Origin: Schmidtea polychroa
Taxonomy: Eukaryota
DNA length: 64,000 nt
NCBI GenBank assembly: GCA_044892525.1
Contig: CM097888.1
Location: 16,244,001-16,308,000, forward strand
Reading direction: 5' to 3'
Part shown: in pieces, positions 1 through 12,285 of the stretch
Position numbering within the stretch: position 1 is the stretch's first letter
Layout of the letters: each line of letters opens with the position of its first letter
Notes under the pieces: model-generated
Database searches by the model: none
What the model was told of the DNA's origin: nothing
What the model saw: the letters and a program-made list of their open reading frames with translations, nothing else
Translations under genes and position numbers: made by a program

Positions 1-44
1 TATTAAATAATGTAGTTAACATAATTTTGCAAACTATTCTCAAT

Positions 45-664
45 CAGCGGCGTGTTTACACAAAATGAGGCCCTAGGCGAATATTTTTTGGGGCCCTTTG
101 AACATTTACACCTAGAGTAGACTACTGGTGTGTAGCCTTAGCCTTTGTGCAAAAAGTTGTCTAAAAACTCGAATTTGAAATAGAAGCCATTTTGTAATAT
201 TAACAATGATTTAAAAATAATTGTTTATAGAAACTATTTTCAAGGAATGTGATTCGATTTGGTTTTAGTGAAAAAAGCATGAAAAGCAACTCGGTGTTAA
301 AATGATTGTAATGCGATATGTTTATAACATTATAATGTCAAGTTTCATTTCAAAAATTTTTAAATTGAATCACTGTTACTTTTTTACCAACTAGTATAGT
401 AGTCAAAAATAACATTATAGAAATAGAAGAGAATATAGATTATAGAGTTAAAGTTGCAAAACATGTGAATTAAAAATTCCAACAAAAAAAGTTTTAGGTA
501 CATTATGCATGGGTTAGGGTTAGGTTATATTTACAATAAGTCATTAAAGTCAAAATTCACAGTTGTTAATTTTAATTTAAAAATTTTTAATTTATTTCGT
601 TTGATTGTGGGCCCCTCAAGATTTTGAGGCTCTAGGCGCGCGCTTATGCGTAAACGCGCCACTG
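45..664. mobile_element. hAT-type MITE
   Basis: TIRs CAGCGGCGTGTTTAC (45-59) and GTAAACGCGCCACTG (650-664), 13/15 match; flanked by 8-bp TSD TTCTCAAT/TTCTCAAA (7/8); subterminal GGGCCC motifs at both ends. Confidence 0.85.
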
Positions 665-1969
665 TTCTCAAAAGGATTTATTTGTTTGGATATTTGAAAA
701 TTAATGGGAACCAAATGCTTACAAACATCACTAAGGAATTTGCATGAGGAAATGCTCACAGCTGTATTTAAACAATATTCCAAATGTATCTTTTTTCGAT
801 ATTTCGTTTGATTATGATAATTTTAAATTTATATTTTTCCTTTAACATTTCTTTAAAAAGAGAGCAAATTAAAATAATTATCAAAAACTCATATAAAGTA
901 TTTCTAACTTTATTATATAAGTTATTGGTCTATTATACTTTCAAACTACAAAGATCAATGTTTTGTTTTCTATTTAGCACAAATTTTGGGTACAACTTTA
1001 ACCTTTTGTTTCTTCAGTATTTAACATATCTGTAAACTTTTAAATAATTAATAAAGCCCCAATATTTGACGCCAATCTCAAGAATCATAGTTTGAGTAGC
1101 ACCAATATACAAAAATTATTTATTCAAAAATTGTATTACAAAATCTACTAAAAATCTTTTATGTAAAAAATTAGTATTCATTAAAAATTTTAATGCTAAT
1201 ATATTCTAATGATGACAAAAATAAGAAAATTCCAAAATTGCGAAATTCAATGAAAACTTGAATTGATTATAAAGAATTGGAAATGAGTATTTTTTAAAAA
1301 TAATTAAAAAATTAAAATAATAATTATAAATATCATTTATAAAAATCAGGGAAATATGAAATGTTAGGAATTTTTCAAATCGGTAGTGACTAATGGACTT
1401 AATTAAAATAAAAAATTTCATAACATTTTTAACACTTTCAAATTACAACTTTCGTACTTTAGATGAAAGAATGAAAGAAAATTACAGTTTTAATTGACGA
1501 AAATTTACTATCTCTATCTGAAAAGATCGATCTGATTATTTCGAAAATTTTATTTGACATTTTAGACAAATTATTTTATATTATGTATTTATTTAAAAAT
1601 AATAACCAATAGAAAAAATAATAATTCACTAAATTTACAAAATCACAATAATATCTCTAAGAAATCAACTGAACTCTAAACAATTTTTAGTACAATTTTA
1701 TAAGTCATTGCGTCATAATCCTAAAAACTGGTAAAAGTTAATAATTAGCCCTAAATGCATTGTCAATTTTTAACTACACAGTTAATTTTATTCAAAGTTT
1801 TTTGAACTTTCCCTACGCGTACTAAAGTAATAGATATTTTAAGATAGGTGATACACTTCGTGAAACATTACATTTAAATGATTCCAACAACAATTCACGA
1901 TGAAAATATTGCAGTAATCACGAGTTAAAAGACAAACAAGCACAAGAAAACTTGAAGAATCTCTGTTAA

Positions 1970-2211
1970 CCCTTTCAATACGATTTTTTTATTTTAATAA
2001 TTAATAGCAACATATAGACTGACAAAATGTTATAGATAAGAGAAAAAGCAGACAACAAACAGCAACAAATCAAACAGGTTTGGACTTGTTTACGAGCCTA
2101 TGACCGTACAGTACTAAAATCCCAGATCCCAATGCATTTGTAACCATTAAAATTATTTTAGTAATTATTAGAAATTCTCTGGAATAATATGTCCCTACAG
2201 TATTGAAAGGG
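1970..2211. mobile_element. piggyBac-type MITE (242 bp)
   Basis: TTAA|CCCTTTCAATAC ... GTATTGAAAGGG|TTAA: perfect 12-bp TIR with TTAA TSD. Confidence 0.85.
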
Positions 2212-3203
2212 TTAAGGGATATCAAATAATAAAAATATAAGATTTTTCCAGAAAATATAATCAACAATACTTCAATTTTAGAGAATATTGATTATAAATG
2301 TGAATTTCTATTAAAAAATAATTTTTTTAAATATCAAAATAAATATATTAAAGCAAATAAAATTTTGGTTTTCTAGAAGACTATTATTAAACAAAAAAAA
2401 TATAATTAACAAATGATCGAATTGAACAAAGATATGCAAAGTCAATTATCAAATAAGAAAATAATATTTTATTAAATGATTTTATAATTTAAAAATTTGC
2501 AGAAATTATTTGCCCACTTTCATTCGTGATCATTATTTTCCTACTCAATTAATAATGTAGTTATATTCGATTGTTTTTCTTGAGATATTGTTTAGCATAT
2601 GCTCTTTTAATTCTTCTGAATTTTGAATATCCACATTTTTACGATGGTATGGCAGCTCCAAATGTTAAAAATTATAAGTAGTCCTACATTTTAGATAGGA
2701 TATTGAGACATAGTAATGGAGTTGTCTTTTAATGGTTTTATGGTCTTCTTAAATTAACCATTAGGAATAACAATGTAAACATATAATTGAGTAGTTTATT
2801 TTGAAAGTATGGCAAAGATAGATTTTTGTTATAAGAAAATATGCAAATATTCGGTACTACATTTAAAAGTATCGATAAGATCTGGTAGCCAACTTTTAAG
2901 TGTTGTGTAGTTAGAAATAATGTTAATGTATTATTCTATATTGTTTATTAAAGATATTTGACTATCAGACAAAGGGGTGAATTAAAAATCTTTAAAGAAT
3001 ATAAAAACTACGTAACAAAATCAAGTGAAAAAGGATATATATATCTGTGAGTGAATTATAAGATTTTAGTGACCTTGGACCTAATTTGACTAATTTAGGT
3101 ATGTATTAACAAATTTTACAAGAATGGGACAAAGTCAAATTAATTTATTTATTATTATTATTTTTATTATTTTGTTAAATAAACACGGTAAAGATTTTAT
3201 TAA

Positions 3204-3445
3204 CCCTTTGAGTGCGGCGTACGACTACAGTCGCACAAATTTATTTTGGTCTTGAGGGCGAAATTCGACTCTAGTTCACTAAATGCCAAAAACTTCTAGT
3301 TTGCCCCAATATATTCTACAGCTTGTAATAGTTGTCAAAATAGCCATATTTTTAGTTATACGTCAATTTAGGAAAAATTCATTTTTTATGGCAAAATTCC
3401 ACCTTTGGGGGAATAAAAAATTTTGAGCCCGTCGCCCTCAAAGGG
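3204..3445. mobile_element. piggyBac-type MITE (242 bp, different family)
   Basis: TTAA|CCCTTTGAGTGCGGCG ... CGTCGCCCTCAAAGGG|TTAA: 16-bp TIR with 2 mismatches, TTAA TSD. Confidence 0.85.
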
Positions 3446-3597
3446 TTAATAAAAATCGCCNNNNNNNNNNNNNNNNNNNNNNNNNNNNNNNNNNNNNNNN
3501 NNNNNNNNNNNNNNNNNNNNNNNNNNNNNNNNNNNNNNNNNNNNNNNNNNNNNNNNNNNNNNNNNNNNNNNNNNNNNNNNNNNNNNNNNNNNNNNNN

Positions 3598-3927
3598 TTC
3601 ACTATATATTTCGATAGCATCACTATCATCATCAGGTTACATACATTCACGACGGATGTATAACTATACTATATTGATAATATATAAAAAAATTATAAAA
3701 TCTATAAATTTTAAATTATAAATAAAAATTTTAAACCATTATTTTTATTTTTTTTTAAACAATTATTTTATTTTTTTTTTAATTAATTTTTTTTATTTTT
3801 TATTTATAATTTAAAATTTATAGATTTTATAATTTGTTTATATATTATCAATATAGTATAGTTATACATCCGTCGTGAATGTAGGTAACCTGACGATGAT
3901 AGTGATGCTATCGAAATATATAGTGAA
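3598..3927. repeat. Long near-perfect inverted repeat between two assembly gaps
   Basis: 3598-~3728 is the reverse complement of ~3797-3927 with 3 mismatches seen; AT-rich spacer of about 68 bp; both arms run directly into N gaps. Confidence 0.9.
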
Positions 3928-4468
3928 NNNNNNNNNNNNNNNNNNNNNNNNNNNNNNNNNNNNNNNNNNNNNNNNNNNNNNNNNNNNNNNNNNNNNNNNN
4001 NNNNNNNNNNNNNNNNNNNNNNNNNNNNNNNNNNNNNNNNNNNNNNNNNNNNNNNNNNNNNNAATTTTTTTTAATTATAATTTTTTTTAAATTTATTTTT
4101 CACCAAAGTCAACAAAAAATCAGTGTAGCGATTTCATTGATTTCTTCTTTAGTGTTTATTGTTGGATATTTATCTATGATAATAATTGCCTCTTTATATT
4201 GGAGATATTTTTATTGTTCATTACCTAAGATTTGAATTGCTCTCATTGTATTTTATTATTATTTATTTATATGTATAACATAAATAGTTAGCTTAGACAT
4301 ATTATCATATAATGAAAAATAAACTGGATAAATTTAAATAAAATTATATATTTTTACGAGATCAAAAATTTTTAAATATAAATTAATTAGCAATTATTCA
4401 GTAAGATATATTTAATTAAAGAAATAAAATATATATATAATTTCATAAATTTCAAATTTTATATTTAC

Positions 4469-4915
4469 CTTCTGACAGTGATCCCTTAAAGTCAATGTAG
4501 AAATCTAATTTTCCGTCAGGTTCAAGATCGACCTTTAGAATTTACATCACAATTAAAAAATTCATATTAAATCTACTCGAAATGATTTGTTGGATTTTAC
4601 ATAGTCAAATGAAACTGAACAATTTGCAATGAAATCATCTGGTGGAATCGCTGCATCATGATAGACAGTAAATGTAATGAATTGTCCATTTCGAACATCA
4701 CCGTTTAGCTCTTCGTTCCATTTTGGATTAAATGTTTTGTGTTTAGTTGAAGTTTTTCCAAATAAAAATTCATCGATTTCAATAGTGACATAAGGATCGA
4801 GAACTTCATAAAGCTTTGCTGCAGGACCTACAGCATGTCTTTTAGCCCAATCTGTTGCCTTTAATTCAACAGCTTCTATTATTCGAATAATCAAAGTTCC
4901 ATTAAAATATACCAT
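4469..4915 (-). CDS. PRKCE: Novel protein kinase C (epsilon/eta-type), exons 1-2, N-terminal C2 domain; remaining exons not found in window
   Basis: Exon 1 4915-4577 (MVYFNGTLIIRIIEAVELKATDW...LDPYVTIEIDE...KTFNPKWNEE...DAAIPPDDFIANC), 44-bp intron, exon 2 4532-4469 (VDLEPDGKLDFYIDFKGSLSE, donor GTAAAT). Matches the nPKC C2 signature; epsilon versus eta orthology is unresolved. Confidence 0.88.
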
Positions 4916-5591
4916 ATGCCTAAAATACGATGATTGACAACTTTAATAACTTTGTGTTTAAAGTTTTTCGATAATAAATTAAAAATTTATGTAAAAATTT
5001 ATTTTATAATTAATTAAATTTAATTAATAGATTAAATTCATATTATTTACTAGTTCAAAATGATTTTTATATTTTTTGATTATAATTTAGGAATTTAAAC
5101 AACAGACAAAAATAAAATAGAAAACAATAATGAATATTGAATTTTTAAAAATGGGAATTAAAATAATTAATTTTATTAAATATAAATATCAATTTTATTT
5201 CACTTCAAAACTAAAACCTTTAAGTAAATTAGAAAAAGATATTTAAAATATTTGAAACCAATAAAAAACATTTTCTAAATCAATTTTTAATTTAACTTTT
5301 GTGAAAATGTTGTTTCTTAATCTTTAATTTTTTTGGTCTTTTTTTCTTTAAAATAATTAAATTGGCTTTCTCACATGAAATTGTTACAAAATTTTTAATA
5401 TTCATTATAAACATTTTTTAAAAGAAAACTGAATTTAGTAGAACTAGTTATTTAGAGTAAACAGAAATGAGTTTAATGGGATTGACCTGATTACAATTTT
5501 TTAGGCTAAGGTACATCCGCGTTACAACTGACCCACCATACAAGATTACTCGTGGTATTCATGGTACTCGCAACTAAAAAAATATTGGAAT

Positions 5592-5594
<3 letters not shown>

Positions 5595-5673
<79 letters not shown>
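5595..5673. repeat. (AT)n microsatellite
   Basis: Uninterrupted AT dinucleotide run. Confidence 0.95.
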
Positions 5674-5676
<3 letters not shown>

Positions 5677-6479
5677 CATAAAACACCGATTAAAATAAGG
5701 CCCATTGATCTGGGATCTATTCTCGTTGTTAATTTCGTTTGTTCTATATTGCGGGGGTCAGAATCATACAATGTGAATTATCTTGTTTTTTGGTTGATCC
5801 ACATAGATAAATCGTGTTTGTGGGGTGAATTCAAAACTTGGTTGAACCATTATACAAGGTATTTTCAGCTACGCAAATAGTTCATCTTGTGGAGTGAAGC
5901 TCCTCTGTGATATTTAGTCACATGTGAAAGAATTTCAAGTAAAATTAGATCTTCCTCATTAAACACACGACGGAGGAAAACTTCTGCCATATTGCCACAA
6001 CTCAAAGCCTGTTCACTGAAAAATCAGTTGTTGCATTGCCAAATAAATCATATGTGGATTTACTCGTACTGTTTTATCTACAGTCTTTCTTGTATACGAT
6101 GCTCCAGCCCATTAGTACTTTAAAGTTTGACCGACCTCATTAGTTCATGAAAAGTGTCAAATTTCCCGTCCACGTGCAATATTTTATATGACAAATGACA
6201 AATTATCATACAAGACTGGCGACAAAATATTAATCGTGCGAACGGATCTTCTGGCACCAATAAAAGTGGTACGACGATAATCCCTTGGCACCTAGGCCAA
6301 AGGTGTCGAATTTGTCTTATTTAAATGTTTTGGCCAAAAGGTAAATATTAGTCATTTTTGATAGTTTTGGCATTTAAGTGCTAACTTTTCGAATTAACAT
6401 GTGTTACATTTGTGTTATTTTTGTGTTTGTACTTATATTGTGTTTATTTTCTGAATTTGTAACCACATTTTTAAAGTAA

Positions 6480-7440
6480 AGAAAAGTTAACGAAGAGTGT
6501 CGGGTGGTATAAAAAAACTGGAGACTATCGTACTTTTCAGTTGTCAATTTGTATCAAACAGATTGCTGTTGCCAAAGATTACAATTTTCGAAGACATAAT
6601 GAAACGAACCATGCTTCGAAGTTTAATAAATATAGCGGTAAGTTACACAAAGAAGTATTGTACAGCAAAATATTAAAAATGGGTCACGTCATGTGTATCT
6701 TTATAAAGGCAGTGAATTTCATTAAGCGCGAGGCCTAAACCACAGGCCGTTCAACTTCTTTTTATAGGAAACCAATATAACAGCTGGGTTGCCATATCAC
6801 AATGATGTTCGCTGATTAAGTCGAGGAGTTGCACTGAAGTGATTTATAAAGTGTACAGAGAAATACTAATGTTCTTGGAACTGGAAGTGTATTAACTTAA
6901 AAATGATAAATGAATTCAAGATCTTGCTTTCATGGTGCATATTACCGGACATATAAATTTTCCGAATACAAAAGTGCAAGGGCGCAATAAATTTGGCAAC
7001 AGAGCTTTACAACTCCGTTCGTACCTCTGAGATGAAATAACAGGTTTTTGAAAGGCAGATAAAAGACAGTAATCTTGCACACTTTCCAACCTTGAATTCC
7101 TTGAAAGGCACTATTGAACTTCCAGCTGAAATCAAAATAGAAACGCATCAATATTTCCAACTTGAAGAATGAGTTCCAAGAACGATTTGCCGACTTTAAA
7201 TACCTTGAAAAGGACATTGCCATTTTTCAGAATCCGTTCTCGGGTTATGTTAATGAGGCACCAGATCTACTTCAGCTAGAATTAATTGAGCTCCAGCGCG
7301 ATTCTGTTTTGAGGAACAAATTTTCCGATGTTGATATTGGCACATTTTATCGATATGTTGGACCAAAGTATTCTATGATTAAATGTTTAGCTTCAAAGAT
7401 TATGACCATGTTCGGAAGTACATACATTTTTCTGAAATGA
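6480..7440 (+). mobile_element. Decayed hAT (Buster/Charlie/SPIN, GTF2IRD2-like) transposase
   Basis: Frame-broken pieces: CIKQIAVAKDYNFRRHNETNH; AVNFIKRE; ERFADFKYLEKDIAIFQNPF...LQLELIELQRD...KIMTMFGSTY (C-terminal dimerisation region). Confidence 0.8.
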
Positions 7441-8856
7441 ACATAAACAACACCCCTGTTGAAGAGAATTAAATTTTCTTCATGAAAGCATTTCTAAATT
7501 TCTAATTTGATATATCGGCCATCCTTCAAAACGGAAAAAAAGTATTTTGGTGAATTTCTTCCATGGACAAATTATTCAATCAACAAGTGGTCAACGGCAA
7601 AGTTTTATAGAATTATATTTTGTACAAAATAACAATTTAAAAGATTTTAAAGGCTAATTTAAAAAATGTTACGTTTTATAAACTCTCTTTGTCTTCTTGA
7701 CCTGGCATCCTGCCAATTTCAAGTTTAATAGACTTTGTAATTTTCGTAACAATGACTTATATTCAACGTTCCCAAAAAATGACGACTCACTCTTTTACCT
7801 ATTTCCTTTCCTCTTCAAAAAGGATGAGTCAAATGATGAATCATTACTTGTGTTCTAGAGACGTTTATTCTTGTGGCTCACATCTCATTATTATATACTG
7901 TTTGATCATAACATAAGAAATCCTAATTATATTAACGCATTATACAATGAATAACAGTGTCGAAAATCGACAATATTGAAATGGGAAATTATTCACAGAT
8001 CGTTTGGTAATTGGACTGGTAACTTGTTTACCACATGTCATACCTCACCACCATCACGTACCATCTATCCCTAGTATTCTATATACACATTACTTTTGTG
8101 TATATTAGGGCTTGTAGGATAGCTGTCAGTTATGACGAAAACATATTAGGTCATTCTTAAAAGGTCAAGGAAATCCAATTCATTCGATTCAATGAAAAAC
8201 TAATAAACTGATTATTTGAAATCCATTGAATTTATTTGAGATGAAAAGTAGTCCAAAATATGTTTGGAAAAAATGCAGTTTCAACTTAGTTCATATTAAA
8301 TTCGGAAATCCATTAACTTGGGACATTTAAAACGAAAGACAGTTTTTATGCAATAATATCCAGAATATAAAAAACCAGGGTAATCATGAAAAAATCAAAA
8401 AGTTAGCTGAACCACAAAAGCAATAGAGAGAAATCTTGAATTTTATCAAATTGGAAATGCTTAATTTCCTGTCATACTGTAAAACCACACAATTTTATTT
8501 AATTCTCAAAATCAAAATATTATTAAAAAGACAAAATATTATATACATATATTACTATATGCGAATATTATAAATAAATTGTAAAATAATAAACAAAATA
8601 AATTACAGATAATTTGTTAAATTTAATTAAAAAATATAAAAATAACTACATAAAAATGATAAATCGCTGCTAAATAATCAAATAATAAACAAAGTATATT
8701 GCACCATAAATTCTACGATAAAAATAATAAATAAATAAAAATAAAAATACGCATATATTTATTGTTATAACAAAGATATATTTCTAGATGTTGTCAGTAG
8801 AAAGAAAAAATACAGTTTTCTATTCTTTAAAATTTTTAAGATTCTCTAATCTTATT

Positions 8857-9264
8857 CATGAGCGTCCGCAAGGGGGCAAGTAGGGGCACTTGCCCCTCCC
8901 TGAATTTCCCAAACCATTCTATTTTTCGATTTATTTAAACACATTTTAATAGATGCGCTCAAACAATGTTGGAAAACCCAAGACAAAAAAAATTAATAAA
9001 AAAATTTAATTTAAAGAGGCTTCATGTTTTTTCTTAATGTTATTAATTATATCTGGAAATCAATGATTTCAAATCATCTTATTTGTATAAAAACTTTCAA
9101 TATTAACTGACGTTCTGGTTTTAAGAAAAGTTTGTATAATGCCCCAAATATTTATTATACACATGCATTTTTTTTCAACTCTCTTCCCCCCTAGAAAAAT
9201 TGTCTAGTTGGTAAAAAAGAATTTTTTGCCCCGCCCCCTTTGAAAATTCCTGCGGACGCCCATG
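8857..9264. mobile_element. hAT-type MITE
   Basis: TIR CATGAGCGTCCGCA / TGCGGACGCCCATG (13/14); TSD ATCTTATT/ACCTTATT (7/8); GC-rich subterminal GCCCC motifs. Confidence 0.85.
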
Positions 9265-9668
9265 ACCTTATTCATTTCAATTTCGTCACATTTAATTTTT
9301 TCAATTGTATTTTTATTTTTAAAATATATGACATTTCAGTTTTGTTATTTATTGGTAAAAATAAATTTTTACTTTTTAAATTTGGCAAACCAACACTGCA
9401 AATTAATGGTTTCATAGTCGTACTTGATTTCATTGTTATTAATATTTAAAAGTTGTTTTATTTTTGTAATAAAAAGCAAAATATCTAATAAAACAAGTAA
9501 AATTTCTTTGTTTACTATTGGTGAAGTAGTAATTGAATTTATTTTAATTCATATTATTTTTAATAACTTATTGTGAAAGTGAGGTCCTATAATACAATAA
9601 TATTGGTGAGTTGAAAAATTGCAATTTTATTTTATTCTCGAAATCAAAATATCATTAAAAAGACAAAA

Positions 9669-9828
9669 TTCTAATATATAATTACGCTCATCACTGATTC
9701 ACTGACTGATTCACTGACTGATTCTATAACGCTCGCTGATTGGTTAAACTTATTTAGTTTAAACTTATTTAGTTTAAACTTATTTAGTTTATTAAACTTT
9801 ATTAATCTACTTACAACAGTAAACAGTA

Positions 9829-9897
<69 letters not shown>

Positions 9898-10298
9898 TCT
9901 AATATATAATTACGCTCATCACTGATTCACTGACTGATTCACTGACTGATTCACTGACTGATTCACTGACTGATTCTATAACGTTCGCTGATTGGTTGAT
10001 CCTAACAATATCATAAAAAAATTATTTCTCTCTCTAATACTATCATAGAATTTTTACACGAATAACGAGTTTTGAAAAAGCGCTTTCTAAGTTTATTTTG
10101 CAAAAAAAAAGAAGTTCTTCAATAAAAACAATTTTTTTGGATTTTTTTTTTCATATTCCATATATATATAACAGAAATAATTTTCAAATGGCTTAAGAAT
10201 ACAAGAAATTGAATTTTTAATAAATATTTAGTATGTCAAACTGTTCATTTATTTTATGATTTGTCAACGGGCACCTTAGGTGCCTTGCAATTAACTAG
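9669..10298 (+). mobile_element. Non-autonomous Helitron-like element with duplicated 5' end
   Basis: 5' block TTCTAATATATAATTACGCTCATC plus (ACTGATTCACTG)n occurs twice (9669, 9897), separated by 15-bp repeats and (TAA)n; 3' hairpin GGCACC-TTA-GGTGCC (10270-10284) followed by CTAG|T (10295-10299); inserted at A|T with no TSD. Confidence 0.75.
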
Positions 10299-10374
10299 TA
10301 TTATATATTACAATAAATGTATTACAATAAATAAGCAAATTGTAAATAATAAAATAAAATAATTTGTTAAACTT

Positions 10375-11630
10375 AATCGGTTTCTTTTACGTTTTGCTGA
10401 TAATGCATGAACCATTCGGTTAAGCACATTTACTCCGCTCTTTGTTGAGTTATAAAATACTTTTTTTTGGATTTATTTTTACCTACATCTATTGTCCTAT
10501 TTTGGTGTAATGTGGATAATAAAATAACAGCCTTATTTTTTTGGTTCGCAGCTAACAAGGGTCATTTTCTTGAGAAAACCGAATAAATTCGTATTCGGTT
10601 CTCTATTCTTTTGTGGCAAAAAATTAAATGGAATACATCTTTTATTTTTCCGCTGAGTACCAACAGATGTTAGCCCTAGTGCCAGAAGTTTTTTTGCTAA
10701 TTTAAAAGTTGTGAAAAAGTTATCAAGTCTAATGTTTCTGTTGGTCACTTCACACGGCCGGCACAATTCTTCTAAACATCTTTGTGATATATTTATGCCC
10801 CTTTAGGTCCTTACCGACTGAGATATGATATACCTTTCAACGATAACTATTGGCACTATCACATATCCACCAAAATTTCATGCCGTACTTATCAGGTTTA
10901 GACTGAATGGATATTCGAAAAGACACTCTGCCTCGAAATGATATCAATTGTTTTTTTATACTCGTTCTTTTTCGGAACATAGTATTTCAATAAATTTCTG
11001 TTTATTTTCTTCCAAACATCGCGAAATGGAACAAATTTATTCTTTGCTTTGCGACTGGATCGTATAGACACGTCATCAAATCTGAAATAACGACGTCACT
11101 CACTGAATCAATTCTTCGACATACACGCACGAAATAAAGGGTTTCAAAATAAAAGATTCCAAAATTCTGTTAAATCAACAATGCTTTGTTTATATATTGC
11201 ATTTAGAAGTAACCCTATAAATGCACGTATTTCCGTGTTACTTTTTGATTTCCACTTATAAACCGCGATAGTTACTGCATGTAAATTTGTATATTTTACT
11301 ATTATGGTTATTATTTAATCATCAAAAAACAAGTCGAATGCATCAGATACACTATCAATATGCTTTCCTCTGGGTAACTTCACTTTATTAGTACATTCTC
11401 TGACATGCTTGATGGCAGGCTATTAGGGATACGGAGTTCTCTTCCATTCCGTACCATCTTTACCAATATAAGTTTCACATTCACTATCATTTGAGATCTT
11501 ACAAAAATCAATCACATCCTCTGTCAGAATTTTCTTTTAGCATATCCTTTTCGCTATATGAATAATCTTCACTGCTATTATCATCTCTTTCACTATCATT
11601 GAAAAAGTCAAAATTAGAAAAATCAAGGAA
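10375..11630 (-). mobile_element. Decayed piggyBac transposase
   Basis: Minus-strand pieces in expected order: acidic N-terminus and YIGKDGTEWKRTP; DAFDLFFDD*IITIIVKYTN; KFVPFRDVW; KPDKYGMKFWWICD; LDNFFTT...TSVGTQRKNKRCIP; FYNSTKSGVNVLNRM. No TIR found. Confidence 0.85.
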
Positions 11631-11639
11631 GTCTTTATT

Positions 11640-12285
11640 TTTATTGTTTATCATTTGCTTGACGCCAAGTTTATAAGTCAGCAAAACATGATCTCGAGTT
11701 TGTCCATCTTTTGAAATCCTGACTCCAAATTCTTCGATAATTCTCTTAACGATGACGCCATTAATAGAATTTTCGAAAGCATTATAAACTCTCCAAATTG
11801 TCTCAATTGCGTAACTATAGCCCGATGATAGATTCGACGTGTGGCAATTATCTTCTGACTTTCAGCATATTGACTGATGGGAAAACTCTTTAAATCCAAA
11901 CCCATTGTCTCAATACCATCCATAGAATAAACAATAGTCCGACGAGAAATTCGGCGTGCAGCAATTATATTTTGACTTTCAGCATATTGACATTTTACTT
12001 GAGCCATTCTTTCTTTTAAACTTGGAGTTTTGTTATCTTTTCCTTTATCTTTATCTTTATATTCAAAAATCGCCCTAACATAACTTGACAATAACACAAC
12101 GAAAATTTTGGAAAAATTCTAATATTCGACAAAGAAAATCAATTCGAACAATTTCATCAAAAATTCCCTACCAAATTCCAAATAAATCACCATTCCTTGC
12201 GTCTGTGTGCACACACATACATGAAAAACCATTTGACAACACCGCGCACACAGATGCCAGGCCGAAATCGGCTGAAACAATCATC
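11640..12285 (-). pseudogene. CSTF3: Rearranged CstF-77 (HAT-repeat) gene fragment headed by hairpin module (copy A)
   Basis: SLKERMAQ, MGLDLKSFPI, QYAESQKIIATRRIYHRAIVT and (frame-shifted) TIWRVYNAFENSINGVIVKRIIEE match the recalled CstF-77/Su(f) N-terminal HAT region; homologous to 57190-58012. Confidence 0.75.

Noticed and set aside
510-526. TTAGGG-like telomeric motif
   Set aside because: Only about two units and internal to a MITE.
5574-5771. IYIYIY ORFs (also 40294-40479)
   Set aside because: Translation of (AT)n microsatellites.
5680-6290. Possible retroelement integrase remnant
   Set aside because: Only a faint KFDRP similarity to GPY/F; no consistent frame.
9669-9975. Regularly spaced short repeats resembling a CRISPR array
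   Set aside because: 12- and 15-bp tandem units without unique spacers, eukaryotic context, no cas genes; explained by the Helitron-like element.
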